Program-made: the position numbers and the translations under genes
Origin: Kudoa neothunni
Taxonomy: Eukaryota > Animalia > Cnidaria
Direction of reading: 5' to 3'
DNA length: 64,000 bases
NCBI GenBank assembly: GCA_964304625.1
Contig: OZ199838.1
Coordinates: forward strand, 15,786,017 to 15,850,016
The notes under the pieces: generated by a model
What the model was told of the DNA's origin: nothing
What the model saw: only the letters and a program-made list of their open reading frames with translations
The model's database searches: none
Shown here: positions 38,417 through 52,563 of the stretch, piece by piece
How positions within the stretch are numbered: the stretch's first letter is position 1
Layout of the letters: every line of letters starts with the position of its first letter

Positions 38417-40897
38417 GGTTAAAGTTCAGTTACCCCCTTCCCCTTTTTGGGCGCCCGCCGGTTACCCGCCATTGGTAATAATTGGGGGTTCCGGCTGTTT
38501 ACATTTTCCGGAGTATGCTTCCTGCAATCTTCACGTACGAAAATTTAGATAACCTAAATTTTGAAGACTTATGTTAATTTAAGAATCATCCTGAAGATTT
38601 AATTATTTTTTTCCAACAACTTGACTTACTACTAACTTCGATGGTTTGTTCTTGTGGAGGTCAAATGAAACTTTCTCCAAGGAACAATGCTGCTGATGTT
38701 TCAAGTCATGCAGGAAGGAATGCTCGTTATGAAAGAATACGTTTTTCTACCAAGCCCTACTTTCTACGTATCTGTATCAAATTTTAAAGATTTTGTATTT
38801 TTGGGGCGTGGGAGCGACGGAACAATCTTTCTTAATGAAAGAATGCCATGTTAATTCTTCCGCCACTATTGTGGATTTGAAAAATTTTATACGTGACATT
38901 TGTTTGAGTTACTTCATTCGTAACCCAAACAAAGTTGGTGGCCCTGGCGTAAAAGTCCAAATAGACAAAAGTCAAATTTGTAAGAGGAAGTTTGGAGTTG
39001 GTAGAATCCTACAAAACCAAAGTCTATGGATAGTTGGTGGTATGGAGGAGGATGGAAGAGTCTTTATGGTGGAAACCGAAAAGAGAGACACTCCCACTCT
39101 TGAAAATATTATTACCACTCATATTGAGAGGGGATCTGTTATACATTACATACATACATACATACATACATACATCACATACATACATACATACATACAT
39201 CACATCACATCACATACATACATACATCACATACATACATACATACATACATCACATCACATACATACATACATCACATACATACATACATACATACATA
39301 CATCACATACATACATACATACATCACATACATACATACATACATCACATACATACATACATACATACATACATCACATACATACATACATACATCACAT
39401 ACATACATACATACATACATCACATACATACATACATACATCACATACATACATACATACATCACATACATACATACATCACATACATACATACATCACA
39501 TACATACATACATCACATACATACATACATCACATACATACATACATCACATACATACATACATCACATACATACATACATCACATACATACATACATCA
39601 CATACATACATACATCACATACATACATACATCACATACATACATACATACATAGACGGATGGTCTGCCTATAGTTCACTCATTGAGCTAGGTTATGAAT
39701 ACGATCACGAGACATTAATTCATGATAGGGAGTTTGTCTCGTCTACAAGAATCTACAAGAATCTACAAGAATCTACAAGAATCCACATCAATCGAATGGA
39801 GGGATTGTGGAGCGCTTTTAAGCGGAAATATCGCTCAGTGACGAATAAAAAAAGGAAATGATCGCTTCCTATATTGCTGAATGGATATTTAAAAGACTCC
39901 ACAGGAAGCGTGTTCTTTCTAAACTTTTAGAAGCAATTAATCGTGTTTATATTTTGTAGACTTTATTTTACTGTAAAAATTTATATAATTATGTCTTTTT
40001 CCAATCGTCAATGAATAAATATCTATAGTGAATTACGGCATTGTTAAGTTTATTTTAATTAGTGTTAACCTATTATTTTTTAGAGCGATTATATACATAT
40101 TTATCAAATAATTAAAATTTTTGTATAAAATAACAAAATCTTCCGAAAGTTAAGTTAAAAGACAGATTTTTTACATTAACTTAGGCTCATTAGGATATAA
40201 TTACAAAAGAAACGACATGATACGTGGATTTTATTCACCTAAAAATTATTAAAAATTATATTAAGATAAAAATCTCATGAGATGATATATTGTTTTAGTT
40301 TATACATTTTTTAAGAAAGAGCATGTTGTAAAATATAAAAAATATTTATTATTTATCTGTAAAATGTAATCTTATTTTGGGGTTTTTAACGTTATATCTA
40401 TCATTTGTTTTAAAAAATAAAATCCATAATTAATCAACAATACCATTAAAAATATTCGTTTATATATAATTTTCAATTTAAAAGATAAGAACGTACATTA
40501 ACTTATATTATATTGTTGGACACATAAATTGACACTTTATTTTAGAATTTTTAATATTTAAAATAATATTATATTTTTTGAATTGATATATTTTGTTTAA
40601 TTACGTCTATGTTAAGACAAGACACCATTGTTATTAATATCACTATATGTATATCTATAAAGCTGTCTATATATGGAATTTAGGATCCAGAATGTTCTAG
40701 AAACATCTAGACCGATGATAGATTGTTATAGAAGCTTCCAGTGTATTCTATGTTAAACTAGAACCATCTGGAAGCCCTAACAGTCTAACTAAAGTAAACT
40801 AGATTTTATTGGGGTTATATGTTATGAAAAATAATCTGATTATTACCGATGGCGGGCAACCAGCAGGCGCCGAAGAAGGAGGAACTGAACTTTAACC
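38417..40897 (+). mobile_element. Merlin element with disrupted transposase
   Basis: ~60-bp TIRs GGTTAAAGTTCAGTT..GGCGCC..CCCGCCATTGGTAATAAT and the inverse at 40839-40897. ORF pieces KVGGPGVKVQIDKSQICKRKFGVGR, WIVGG, DGWSAY, HINRMEGLWS, YIAEWIFKR. No matching TSD. Confidence 0.88.
39141..39654 (+). repeat. compound (TACA)n/(TCACA) microsatellite, ~510 bp
   Basis: Direct reading; interrupts the Merlin SVIH-TDGW motif. Confidence 0.97.
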
Positions 40898-41715
40898 AGA
40901 TCATCGTTATACTATTAAGGTTTTTCAAACAACTGGGCTTTTGCACGAGTATAAGAAATGTACATGTGGCGAAAGAATGTATTTATACAATCGGAAGGAT
41001 ACCGGTGATGGCGTTCAGTTGAAATGCTACAGTTGTGGCAAACAACATGCTTTGAGGAAAGATAGCGTGTTCGAAATGTCTAACCTTCCTTTGTACAAAA
41101 CATTCATTTTAATGTTCTATTGTATTAAGTGCCCTTCTTGAACATACGATGAACTGTTGTGTGAACTTGATATTGGTTCTTTTACATCCATTAGTGAATG
41201 GAAAACCATTATCCGTTATTTTATGACATCAAAACTTGACGGAGATTTTTCAAAAGTTGGTGGACCCGGTAAGATTGTACAAATCGACGAAACTGCCATT
41301 TGTAAAAATAAATATGACATCGGCCGAATATTAAAGAACCAGCAACACCGGATGGATGGAAATTGTTTCCTAAGAATTTCTAAGTTAGAAATAAACAAAC
41401 TTTGTAAGAAATAATTATGGAAAACGTAGAGGAAGGAAGCATTATTTGGAGAGACGGATGGCGTGGATACAATAGCAATAGTTTGGTTGATTTAGGTTTT
41501 ACACATGGGAACATTACTCATAAAAGGCACTTTGTTTCACCTACTGGAATTCACACTAATAGAACAGAAGCAAACTGAGGTGCATTCAAGCGCATATACA
41601 GAAACATTACCAGAATATGTGGCCGACTTTTTGTTTAGGAGAAGATACCCCCAAAAGGAAATTAGTATGTTATACCAATATGTAATTTTAAAATTGTTTA
41701 CGAATATTTACTAAG
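40898..41715 (+). pseudogene. second Merlin/ISXO2 transposase remnant
   Basis: CTCG..CYSC Zn ribbon, KVGGPGKIVQIDETAICKNKYDIGR, DGWRGY, TGIHTNRTEA, EYVADFLFRRRY. Confidence 0.85.
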
Positions 41716-41759
41716 TTTGGTTTTTTCGCCGAAGAAAACACAGATAGTGTAGGATAGCC

Positions 41760-42720
41760 GTGTTTAGTAATAGTATTGTGTATCAGTTAATAACAAACAA
41801 ACCACTCATTTGTCGTAACACGCGTAGCAAATTATTTCGTAATGATTCTCTCACTCTCTTTCTCGTGCTCGAACACAACAAACAACATAATTAAACCTTA
41901 AAGTATTAATGAAAGAAGTTTCGTGATGATTCATGCATCCATTTAATCTACGCGAAAATACAACCTGAATGACGGGACAACAAAGTCAATACATGATCAA
42001 CTCTACATAATACCTAACATACACAATGGTTCTCCTTGATCTCTTCATTACCTTCATTTGCAACCCAACCCTGTGTGGACAGAAATTATTGAGGAGTTTT
42101 TTATCGATCAAAATAAAAATGACAGGCACGAGTTTTTCGAGCTAAAAAATCGATGAATTAATCGAATTAAAAATCGCTCGCGGAATATAGTGTCAAATGT
42201 ATACTGTTGAGTGGCAGAAAAGAGGGTTACCACATGCTCATATCCTGGTATTGCTTAACGATAAGTCGCATACTAATGATAATGATCGCTTCTTATCAGC
42301 AAAGTTGTCTGATTCCATCTTAGACGTTGACATGCCTCAAACCATAAAAACTCAGATGGTTCATGTGGCGTAATAAATCCTCATAGCTTTTACATCAAGG
42401 AAGGAAGATGTACTAAGAAATACCCAAAAGAATTCTTGTAGCAAACACAAACTAGTCATGGTGGTCTTTTGTATAAAAGACGAAAACTAGATGCCAGTGG
42501 GTTGGAAATTTTACTTAAATTAAGAGGGAACAGAGAGGTTATCATTGATAATAGGTAGATGGTGTCATATTGTCCACCACTATCAAAAATATTCAACATT
42601 GAATCTTGTAATTCAACAAAACTCATGAAATATGTATGTAAATATAAAAACAAAGGATCCAATGCAACAATGTATTCGCTCACGCAGAAATATATCAGTG
42701 GTTAATTAATGCGATGTCAA
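41760..42720 (+). mobile_element. Helitron Rep domain remnant (continuation of 37561-38416)
   Basis: DLFITFICNP, YTVEWQKRGLPHAHILVL (HUH motif), CTKKYPK, KYVCKYKNKG. Confidence 0.88.
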
Positions 42721-43540
42721 ACGAGAAGATGAAATCAAAAGCTTAAATTTGGACTAGAAGTAATTACACGCAGGTACATTCAAGAAAGAGCCCTTGGGCA
42801 GCGAAATAACTCGCTCTGAAATACGAAAACTGGCGGAAATATAAGGCGCGTGTCAAAATAATTTCCATTCGAAAATCTATTCTTATACATCATTTAATTC
42901 AAAATGGAAAGATAAAAATTTTGAAAAGTTTTTGTATGCATAACACGTTCGAATTGATTAAAGTTTAAATATGAAGGCTCGTTCGTCGTGCGCGAAAAAT
43001 TTGTTTTATTCGTTTTCTACAGATGTTATTTAACTTAAATGGATGCGAAATAAGTAAAATTAAATTGTTTGAAATTAAAAATAATAATGAATAATTATTT
43101 TCCGAGTGTAATTTTGGTGATCCTTGGGATTAAGATTAAGGTGTGAAATTCGTCAATTTTAGTGTTAATACAAAAGTAAACTTCATTAAATAAATGAGCT
43201 TAGTTATTTATTTTAATGACTGGAAATGTTCTAAAAACTCAACGAAATCTCCTATTCACGTAAGACAGCAATGAACTCCATAGAATTGGTTTTATCTACT
43301 GTGCCCCACAACAATTTTACTAGGGCGATTTGAAGAATGCGTTTAGACAAATTGTCGAAGGCATATGAATAAGAGGAAAATAATTACATCGTGACATATT
43401 TGAGTATAAATTCTTTAAACCAGAAATGAATATAATATGACCGTTCAAGTTGTTTTTACCGGCCATCGAGAAGCAATGGCAAGTTTCCCATGAAATTCAC
43501 CTATTCATGGAGATAATGTCATGCTATGGTTCCTATATGA

Positions 43541-44060
43541 CAGGGTCGGAAACCTTTTAGAGCTGCGGCCGGACAAGCCATCCCCAACGTTAACGCGGGC
43601 CGTATTAAAATTAGTTAAAAAAAATTTTCAATTATTCTTCATTCAAATATTGAATACAATATATAAATCATAATTTAAAACGGTCATTTAAACTACAGAA
43701 GTACGCCAAATAAAAGTTATTACATAGTAATTTTCACTTGAAATGTAACCAACTCGTGAAAGAGCTAGTTATTGGATGATGTCAAATAACATGAGATGTA
43801 CCTATATGCATTTGAAAGAACATTTTAAATTTTTCCAACAATAATTTTAACAATATTTGATAGTCATATTTATCCCAGTTTTATGACTTGATGAAAATGA
43901 ATTTTAGTCGACTGAAGTGTTTATATCGCCAACATATTAACATTTAGTTTAGAAACCGATCTAGATAAAAACGTAAAAATAAATGACCTATTTTAGATAT
44001 TAAGAAAAATTTGTGTGCTAGTCAATAAAAGGCGGGCCGGCCGTAGGTTGCCGACCCCTG
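43541..44060. mobile_element. hAT (Buster-like) MITE, copy 2
   Basis: CAGGGTCGGAAACCT / AGGTTGCCGACCCCTG TIRs. 8-bp TSD CTATATGA / TTATATAA with central TA. Confidence 0.8.
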
Positions 44061-44409
44061 TTATATAAGATACATTAAAAATTTGAATAATATCGATTCG
44101 CTTGAGCACATATAGCTGTCATATTTTTTATACTCAAATTAAGTCAGGATTTACGTTAAATTTACTATTAGAAACATGAATAATTATAAAATTGCGTCAA
44201 GAATAGTTGGATCATTTGAAGAAACGGCTCGTAATATGGATTAACGTTAATACGTCCGGTCACACAAACTAAAAAATAAAAAAAATCGGGTAAAATTAAT
44301 TTAGTATTTCTAATCTATGGAGTGAGGTTTTTTTAAACCAAAATGAACCCTACTCTAAGCAATGAAATTACGTTATTACAAACTATCTTTATCTTATTCA
44401 CCGATCTCA

Positions 44410-45135
44410 ATCATATATCATCATATCATATATCATATCATATCATATATTATATTATATTATATTATATCATATCATATCATATCATATCATATCATAT
44501 ATTATATTATATTATATTATATCATATCATATCATATCATATATTATATTATATTATATTATATCATATCATATCATATCATATCATATATTAATTATAT
44601 TATATTATATTATATCATATATCATATCATATCATATCATATCATATATTATATTATATTATATTATATTATATTATATCATATCATATCATATCATATC
44701 ATATCATATATTATATTATATTATATTATATTATATCATATCATATCATATCATATATTATATTATATTATATCATCATATCATATATCATATCATATCA
44801 TATATTATATTATATTATATTATATCATCATATCATATATCATATCATATCATATATTATATTATATTATATCATCATATCATATATCATATCATATCAT
44901 ATATTATATTATATTATATTATATCATCATATCATATATCATATCATATCATATCATATCATATATTATATTATATTATATTATATTATATTATATCATC
45001 ATATCATATATCATATCATATCATATCATATCATATATTATATTATATTATATTATATTATATCATATCATATCATATCATATATTATATTATATTATAT
45101 CATATCATATCATATCATATATTATATCGTATATC
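44410..45135 (+). repeat. compound pentanucleotide satellite (ATATC)n/(ATATT)n, ~725 bp
   Basis: Alternating runs of two pentamers that differ at one position. Confidence 0.97.
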
Positions 45136-47463
45136 AGAGGTTTTCAACTAGGGGTAAATTAAGTTACAGCGAAATTGGATCGTAGCTTTTTTTTCATAAT
45201 AGGGTTTGTGATGTACCTAGAGGTATTTAAGAAATTATATTATTCAGGACTATTAAACTCATAAAGAAGTTGGCGGAAACGTTTAAAATGTTTTTAGGGA
45301 TAAGTATTTAACAAAGAAAGATTACTCAAATTATGAACAGTCTCTTCCTTTTATGGTTAATTTATTTTTTAATGACTTAATCTAGTATCAAAAATATTTT
45401 ATAATATTTCATAATATTTAAAATGACCATTTTGATGCAAAATAATACTTATTTTTTAGTTATTTCTGCCCTCTAGAATTGTATAAATAAGTCAGAAATA
45501 ATGTAATTTAGCGAACTATAAAAAATTGAATCTGTAGACAGTTTTGAAGTTAGAGTTGATGGAATTAAAAACTGTCATTACAAAAGCTTGCATGAGTCTT
45601 AGAATTAATTTTACCCTTCAGGCAGTCTCAGTCATAGTTAAACCAATATAAAACCATAAGGTAAATATGGCATTGGCTCCCGAACAAATTTGGTATATTT
45701 TGATTTTTCACAAGGCCGAGGGGATAAATTTGACGAAAACGCTTAGGAATCTCCATTGAATATAAAAAGCCTTTAGAAAATTTGTTCATAGAAAACCACA
45801 GAATAAGGTTAAAATATACAAAACAGAGTTTTATTATATTAACGAAATAATTCGAAATATGATTAAAACAGTAATTCCTTCACACAATGTTTAGATTTGA
45901 TCACAACTCGGTTTTGGAAAGCGACAAATTATTAATAAAATGTTTATTAAAATATAGTAATTTGTTGATACTGGTCCCAAGGCTATTTGTTTTATGTGTA
46001 TCCATACCCACCAAATACCAAGCACCTAGTACCTAGTACCTAATACCTAGTACTTAATACAAAAAGAATATAATTTAAATTTTATATTCCAATTTAATAA
46101 AAGTAAAGTTAAATTTATTTGAATATTAAAGTATATTTATAGGATTTTTCCAAAATAATTCGACCTACTAACTAAAAATATAGATAATTCGGTTCTTATA
46201 TAATTATAATTGCCCAGCTCTACTACACACCTAATACATACAATAATGATACATTAACTTGTACTTGTAAGTCTAGAATAAAACCCATCCATACATGATT
46301 AATAATTTCCGAATAATCCACGAGAATATATAAAAATAATATTTCACCAGCAAAATATACACATCTTTATATAATTCGGTATATTTGCTAGGGAATTTAA
46401 ATTACATACCAAAATTATTCACAGGGTCGTGTTTACAATGGTCACATTAGATTGCCGCGGTTTTTTATTTTTTATAAAATCTTGGATTTTTATGTAAAAT
46501 CCGCCAACACAGAATAAAAACCCAATTTTTTTACACGAAGCATTAACATACACATTTTTTAACGTATCCTATTCAGATTAGATTATAAATGTCGTAATGT
46601 CAATGTAATAAAGAGTTTAAACATTTACTATATTGGACGACAGCCCAGCACATTAGACGTTAGATTGGTTGACATTATACGATTACAAAATAGCTCAATA
46701 AACACTGTCACACATTATTGAAGATTTAAACGTTACTTGAAAATATATTTTGAACTATAAAATAATAAATAATGAGTGTTGGCGCCAAGAAATTGTATTA
46801 ATACGACAACAAATTTAAATTTAATACCCGAAAAGGTGATTATAGAGTTGGTATAGAATTGGTATAGAATTGGAGGAGGATTAAAAATGTTAATAGATAC
46901 AATTCAATGTTTGGTTGTACGTTAAATTAACATTTTCCCTATCGACTACTGGGTAATTCGGCCATTAATGGATTTTACATTAAACTCCGTTGTCAGCCTT
47001 GGTTATTCGATTTTTCGCGCAGGCTCAACTTTTATGTTGCATAGTAAAATAGGCCGGCAAAACTGCTTCGCAATACCCCGTTCAGAAACCATCAACGAAA
47101 AACTCTCTTACTACGATCAAATGACCAATGAAAATATTCATGAATTTTCACCCAGTCAAAATCAACATAACCACAAAGTTTGTTAGATAAAGAAACCTAA
47201 TTGGTAGTTCACCGAGATTCGCACGCAGCTCCAACATACTATTGATTTATTTCAGCCTAAATATCACACAATCGCCGAATAGAGCCTATAGATATTTAAT
47301 AAATATACATATATTTTCATCTAGAATTAATGCACTCAACTACAATTAATAAGTATAAAATCGAATGCGTTGGGTAACGACGAAGCGCGCCGTAAAACTA
47401 CGGCAATACATTTCCTCTATTGACCTGTAACGAATTGAGTATTTGAACATTGTGCAACAACAC

Positions 47464-50400
47464 ATGTCCCATCTCTATCGTAACTTTTCACTGATACATC
47501 GAATTCTCCAGATTATCACATTATAGGACGATTTCATTGTGAAGAAAGTGGCGTTTGTTGTTCCACATTTGGTCGAATAAATCGTCGGCTTTTGGTGAAT
47601 TGTGATTCCCACAATAAAGTTCATCTATGGGATATCCCACAAAACAAATATATAAATGTAATTTGTTAAGTGTTGTTAACAGCAGCGGTATTTGAACGTG
47701 TTAATATTCGAATACAGATATTAGCTCAATGTAGATCGTCGGTGGAAAGTGTGTGTTTTGATTCGAAAGAAGTCAACCTATCTTTTGGTTCTTCATGTGG
47801 ATCGATTGTTTTGTACAGTGTGGAATCATCAAAAGGTGATTTAAAGGGTGTACAAAGTTTAATCCTTCAATTAGTGTATTTTTCCATACCAAACGGCCAC
47901 AAAGAAGCTATTAATGGGGTGGATTATCATCCCTATGGGACCTATTTTGGGTCTTCGTCCTGTGACTGTGTTCTCAAAGTATCCAATTCAATAATTCTTT
48001 TATAATCATAATAATTAGTAATAATAATGTGTATTATGTTTTTTGTTGTGTTAGGTGTGGGATGTCAGACACAAACGGTCTATTACACAACTAGATGTAC
48101 AATCACAATAATCTTTATTTGAATGCTCTATGTTATCGCCCATTTATATCCCACTCTAGGAACAATCAACACCTATCAATACTGTCAAATGGAGTCCCGA
48201 TGGTAGTTGGATTATATTGTTCAGTTGTGATGGTTCGTTTTCCAAAGTAACTTTTCATTTTAAAAATCCCATCATAAATTTGAGATTTATAAATTTATAT
48301 ACTTTTCTATATTGACTTGAGATTTTGATAATTCTATAGATGTTTGACGTGATTGGTGGTCGTGTGGTATTTGAATTTGACGGAGTTTACACTGGTGACT
48401 TTCATCCGAACGAACTTGTTTTGTGCACGGTTTCTTGCCGCAAAGCCAAAACAAGAAGATCTTGTAATATTTCCATCATTGAGGTTTGGGACCTTCAAAC
48501 GTTGACAATTATTTCCCAGCTGGACGTTGATACAGATAGTCCTATCAAGTACGCGTGTCACATCACAATTGCTGTTCTCTTATATTTCACCTAGAATGGT
48601 GTGTTTTTCTACATTAAGCCAAAATAATCTTGTTCCATCCACCCATCACAGCCAATCCAACAATGTGTATCTGTTTGTTGTATGTGATACTAGAATTAGT
48701 GTAAGTTAGACTGTTGTTGAATTCTGTTCATGTGTGAGATTAGATTTATTCGTGGGATCCACAGATTGTACTGATTGCCAGTAGAGATATCAACCAACCA
48801 TTTATAAACGAATTTTCAGTGGTTGACGCTGTCGTGGTAACCCCATTCTAATTAATACCGCCTAATACTATGCATTTTAGATGACCTGCTCCAATATTGA
48901 CAATTCGTCGTTGTTGTGGATTCATGATTTTTCTGTGAATAATTTTCTAACGAATATATGCCTAATTTTGGTTAGAATATTTCCACACCTAATCCAGATC
49001 AACTTTTTGATTCTGTAAGATTCTGTTTCTAAATGTGGTCTGTGATGAGAGAAACAATTTAGAAACTGATTAAACCTCAGAGAATCTGCCAATCATCGTT
49101 GCTGTCAGAATTAGAACCGAAAACGCCTGCACGCAACCCACAACCAATAATCAGCACACCAAAAAATTCGAATATTTTTGATGCCCACTCCAAATTTAAA
49201 ACATCCACTGTTGTTAGAAGGTTTGCAATTCAATGAGATTTTTATTGTCACGATCCTTCCAACTGGATTAATAGGAATTTAAAACCTCCTACTACGATCG
49301 ATAGCAGCCAAGAAAGACGCAAAAGTGTTGATGGATCTATTAGAATGGCGATGGAAAAACATTTGCTTAGAAATAGTATGATTTGGAATTGATTCGATTT
49401 TTATCTGTCTGTCTGTCTATCTATCTATCTATCCGTATTCATTCAGCATTTATTCTGTCTCCTGGAAGTAGAATGACTCTATCCGATGCCCATAACAATA
49501 GCAATAACAACGGCAGCAATACAGCGGAAGCGTTGGAGAAAATCGTCGAAAATGCCACCAACCATGACGATACTCTTGGAGTGCACCACGAAGACACGAT
49601 CTTTGCGCCCAGCAAAAATTCAAGTTTATTATAGATTTCGTTTGATTTTTTGAGATCTCTCGTATATTTAGCAATGTCTACTGAATCGATGCAAGAGTTG
49701 AGCTCCAAAACAATGATTCTTCAAAAATATTCGACCGCCAATCTCACCATTACAACCGATCAGTTACTATCTAGTGGCTTGCAAAAAACTACCAACAACA
49801 TGGCTAATGCTTCTTTCTACCGAAATTATGAATACAGTACCTATCTAATAAATTGGATGGCAAGTAGTAGCTTGTCGCTAATCTCGCGCGCTGTTTAATT
49901 TCTATTCGATATAAAATTATACTTATATTTAACGCTTGCGTAACGTATATATTTTGTAAAATAATTTTTAAATTAATAATCAAAGAGAAATTTATAGTTA
50001 GTGCTTGCGCGAAATAAAATTTTATGATTACTTTTCTAACCTCAGGGGCACTCCCCAAAATTCTACTCAAGTGCAAGCATAGAGTCAAATGTTGATTACA
50101 TAACCTACTAATGTGAATATCCAATTTTAAAACATTCAATCAAAAAGATATTTTATTGACATCAAAATCTAATAACGCAATAAAATATATGATTTTTAAT
50201 GAAAAAAAATTGTCTATAAATATTATTAAACAATTATAATTGTTGACGTTAAATTCGTTTGAACATTTACGGTATTAACGTGGATCGCAGGATATTTTTT
50301 TGAAAAAAGTTGGCAAACACTGTTCTAGATGTTTGATTGGTTCAATAGGTTAACAAAAATTCGACTAACTGCGTCTATTCCTATCTTTGTAGAATGAATT

Positions 50401-52376
50401 AATTTATAGGAGTTTTTTGGATGCTGTTAATTTATTATTGGCCTATGTATGATACAATGAGCTTAAGAAAATAACAGTTTTAAATTTTAAAGTTATTTTG
50501 GAGAAATTGACTATACCGTTTAACATTATATCCGTGAAATAAACACCAAGTGTCATTTTCTGTAATAACATTACAAAGAATATCAATTCTGTGTTTACGT
50601 TGGATAATATCGTGTCTCCTCTTTTTAGAAAATGATTTTACAGGATTAACAGACAGACAGACAGACAACAGACAACAGACTTTTCGGAATTTAAAGAGCC
50701 TCTCATCGTTGGACAATTAAATGTATACCATTCGTAATTAAATCATCTTATTCTTTATTTTACAATATTCATCATTTTTTACACCAATAAATTATCATAA
50801 CAAAAGTTGCAGCTACATAACTCCACGTCTGATGTCTGATGGATTTGATTTAAACTGCCGTTTTCACGGTTACAAAATTTTTTAAAAATCTATCTACCAT
50901 CGAAAAACTAGTTAAATAAACAAAAGTACGCGAACTAAAATTTCTTAACGCACAAGATGACTCCAGTTAAAAGTTTAGGTGAAATTAAATACACATAGAG
51001 TATGCAGCCCGTTGGACCTCACACATGCTCCAACGGTTAATTCAATCTTACTAATTAATTTTGTTTTTTTAAAGCCCATTATTATCAAAATTATTTTGTC
51101 ATTTTCGTATTATTGATACACGCCCGTTATAATCTACGTCTTATCTATCTGTTCATCATTCACTACATAATGACGTCAGAATTAGTTATAAACGTTATTT
51201 CCGTAAATTTGTACATTGAAGATTTGTGTTTCTATCAAAACTAATATAAATACAATCTAGCAATTTATTACAGATTTAATTTCTTCTTTTTAATACAACA
51301 AAATTATCGATAATTTTGTTGTAGTAAAAATATTTAAACATTTTTCCATTGATTATTTATTATAATTAGTATTATATGTAAGTAAGTGATTATCAATTAA
51401 GTCCACATTGTATTGATCAGCAATAGTTTAAATTTAACAAAATATTAGCATAAATTTGAATATATTAAGTTATAAATACAAGTAATCTTTTATTGCATCT
51501 CATTCGCTTTTTAAATATATGGATATTTTTGAATTATTCTACATCATAATACATAATCAAACTGTCAAACTGATGTTAATATTGCCGACCATGTGAATAG
51601 CTATTTTCTTGTTGTGCTAAATGCTTACATCATTATTATTTTTCTATCCCCACTTAGGGCACACTAATGTGGTAAATCATCTTAAAGAAAAAATAGACCA
51701 TCTAAACACTTTACACCAACTGATTTCTTCCAACATCAACAAAAATGGAAATATTCTACAGGTTGCTTTGACATTAGTAGTTGCATCTCTATACAATGAA
51801 TTAGAAAGTTTTGGAATCTGTGGTCACACTGAATGATCTGGACTCTTTAAAAATAGTTGTGTCCAAGTCGACAACTCTACCGTAATATTTACTTTGCGTG
51901 TATTGCTGCAACAATATTCAAAATCACCCCCATCTGCCTGAATTTATTAGGGAGCACTGGACGTTGGATACTTGCAGAACATTTCTAGATATTCTTTCGA
52001 ATAAGATTCTAAAAAATTTTAATGCTTTCGAGTAACTAATAAAAGCGTATGTCTTAAATTTATTTATTTTGTTGTTTTGTTGACAGAGTGGTATGTGTTG
52101 TTAAAAGGATTATATCAAAAATTATTGTTGATCATGGTGATACCCTCAAAGATAAATCCTCAAACTATTTGTACAAGTACACTTTTACAAATGTTCTGCA
52201 TACCTCGAACGTGCACATATTTTAGAATAACCGATATCAAGCTTGAATGTAAACAGTTGATGAAGAGAATCTCATGTATTCTCGCTTCGTTGGATGATAA
52301 AAATCTTCAGCAGCGCGAACAAATGGATGCTAAAGAAATACGTTATCTTATCAAATCGGTGGTTGGTACTGGGTGA
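47464..52376 (+). CDS. KATNB1: katanin p80 WD40 subunit B1, with C-terminal con80 domain after a 1.8-kb intron
   Basis: FGRINRRLL..VHLWD, SSVESVCFD, GHKEAINGVDYHPYG..VWDVR, WSPDGSW, FHPNELVL, IYSWDP. After intron 49838-51657: RHTNVVNHLKEKIDHL, VVTLNDL, HWTLDTC (con80). Phases consistent to TGA 52374-52376. Start uncertain (47464 or 47365). Confidence 0.85.
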
Positions 52377-52520
52377 AACTTTTACACTGAGTATTTTTGT
52401 ATATAACCTTTTGTAAAGTTTTTCCTATTCAGTTTATTATTGCGTTATGTGCTAAATGGGGATTGTGCTGTGGGGTTTAAAGTTAATATTCTTAACCCTC
52501 TAACTGTATAGAATTTATAA

Positions 52521-52563
<43 letters not shown>

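Noticed and set aside
38793-39861. H/T/Y/I repeat proteins, or a CRISPR-like array
   Set aside because: Microsatellite inside a dead transposase; no unique spacers.
44343-45162. Long I/Y/S/H-rich ORFs
   Set aside because: Artefact of a pentamer repeat that has no stops on the + strand.
47005-47085. U4 snRNA-like words (TTCGCGCAGG..AAAACT..CAATACCCCG)
   Set aside because: No U6-pairing stem I sequence, no kink-turn and no downstream Sm site.
50270-51040. piggyBac-like end (CCAACGG|TTAA) in the long KATNB1 intron
   Set aside because: Only one convincing terminus, so the element could not be delimited.
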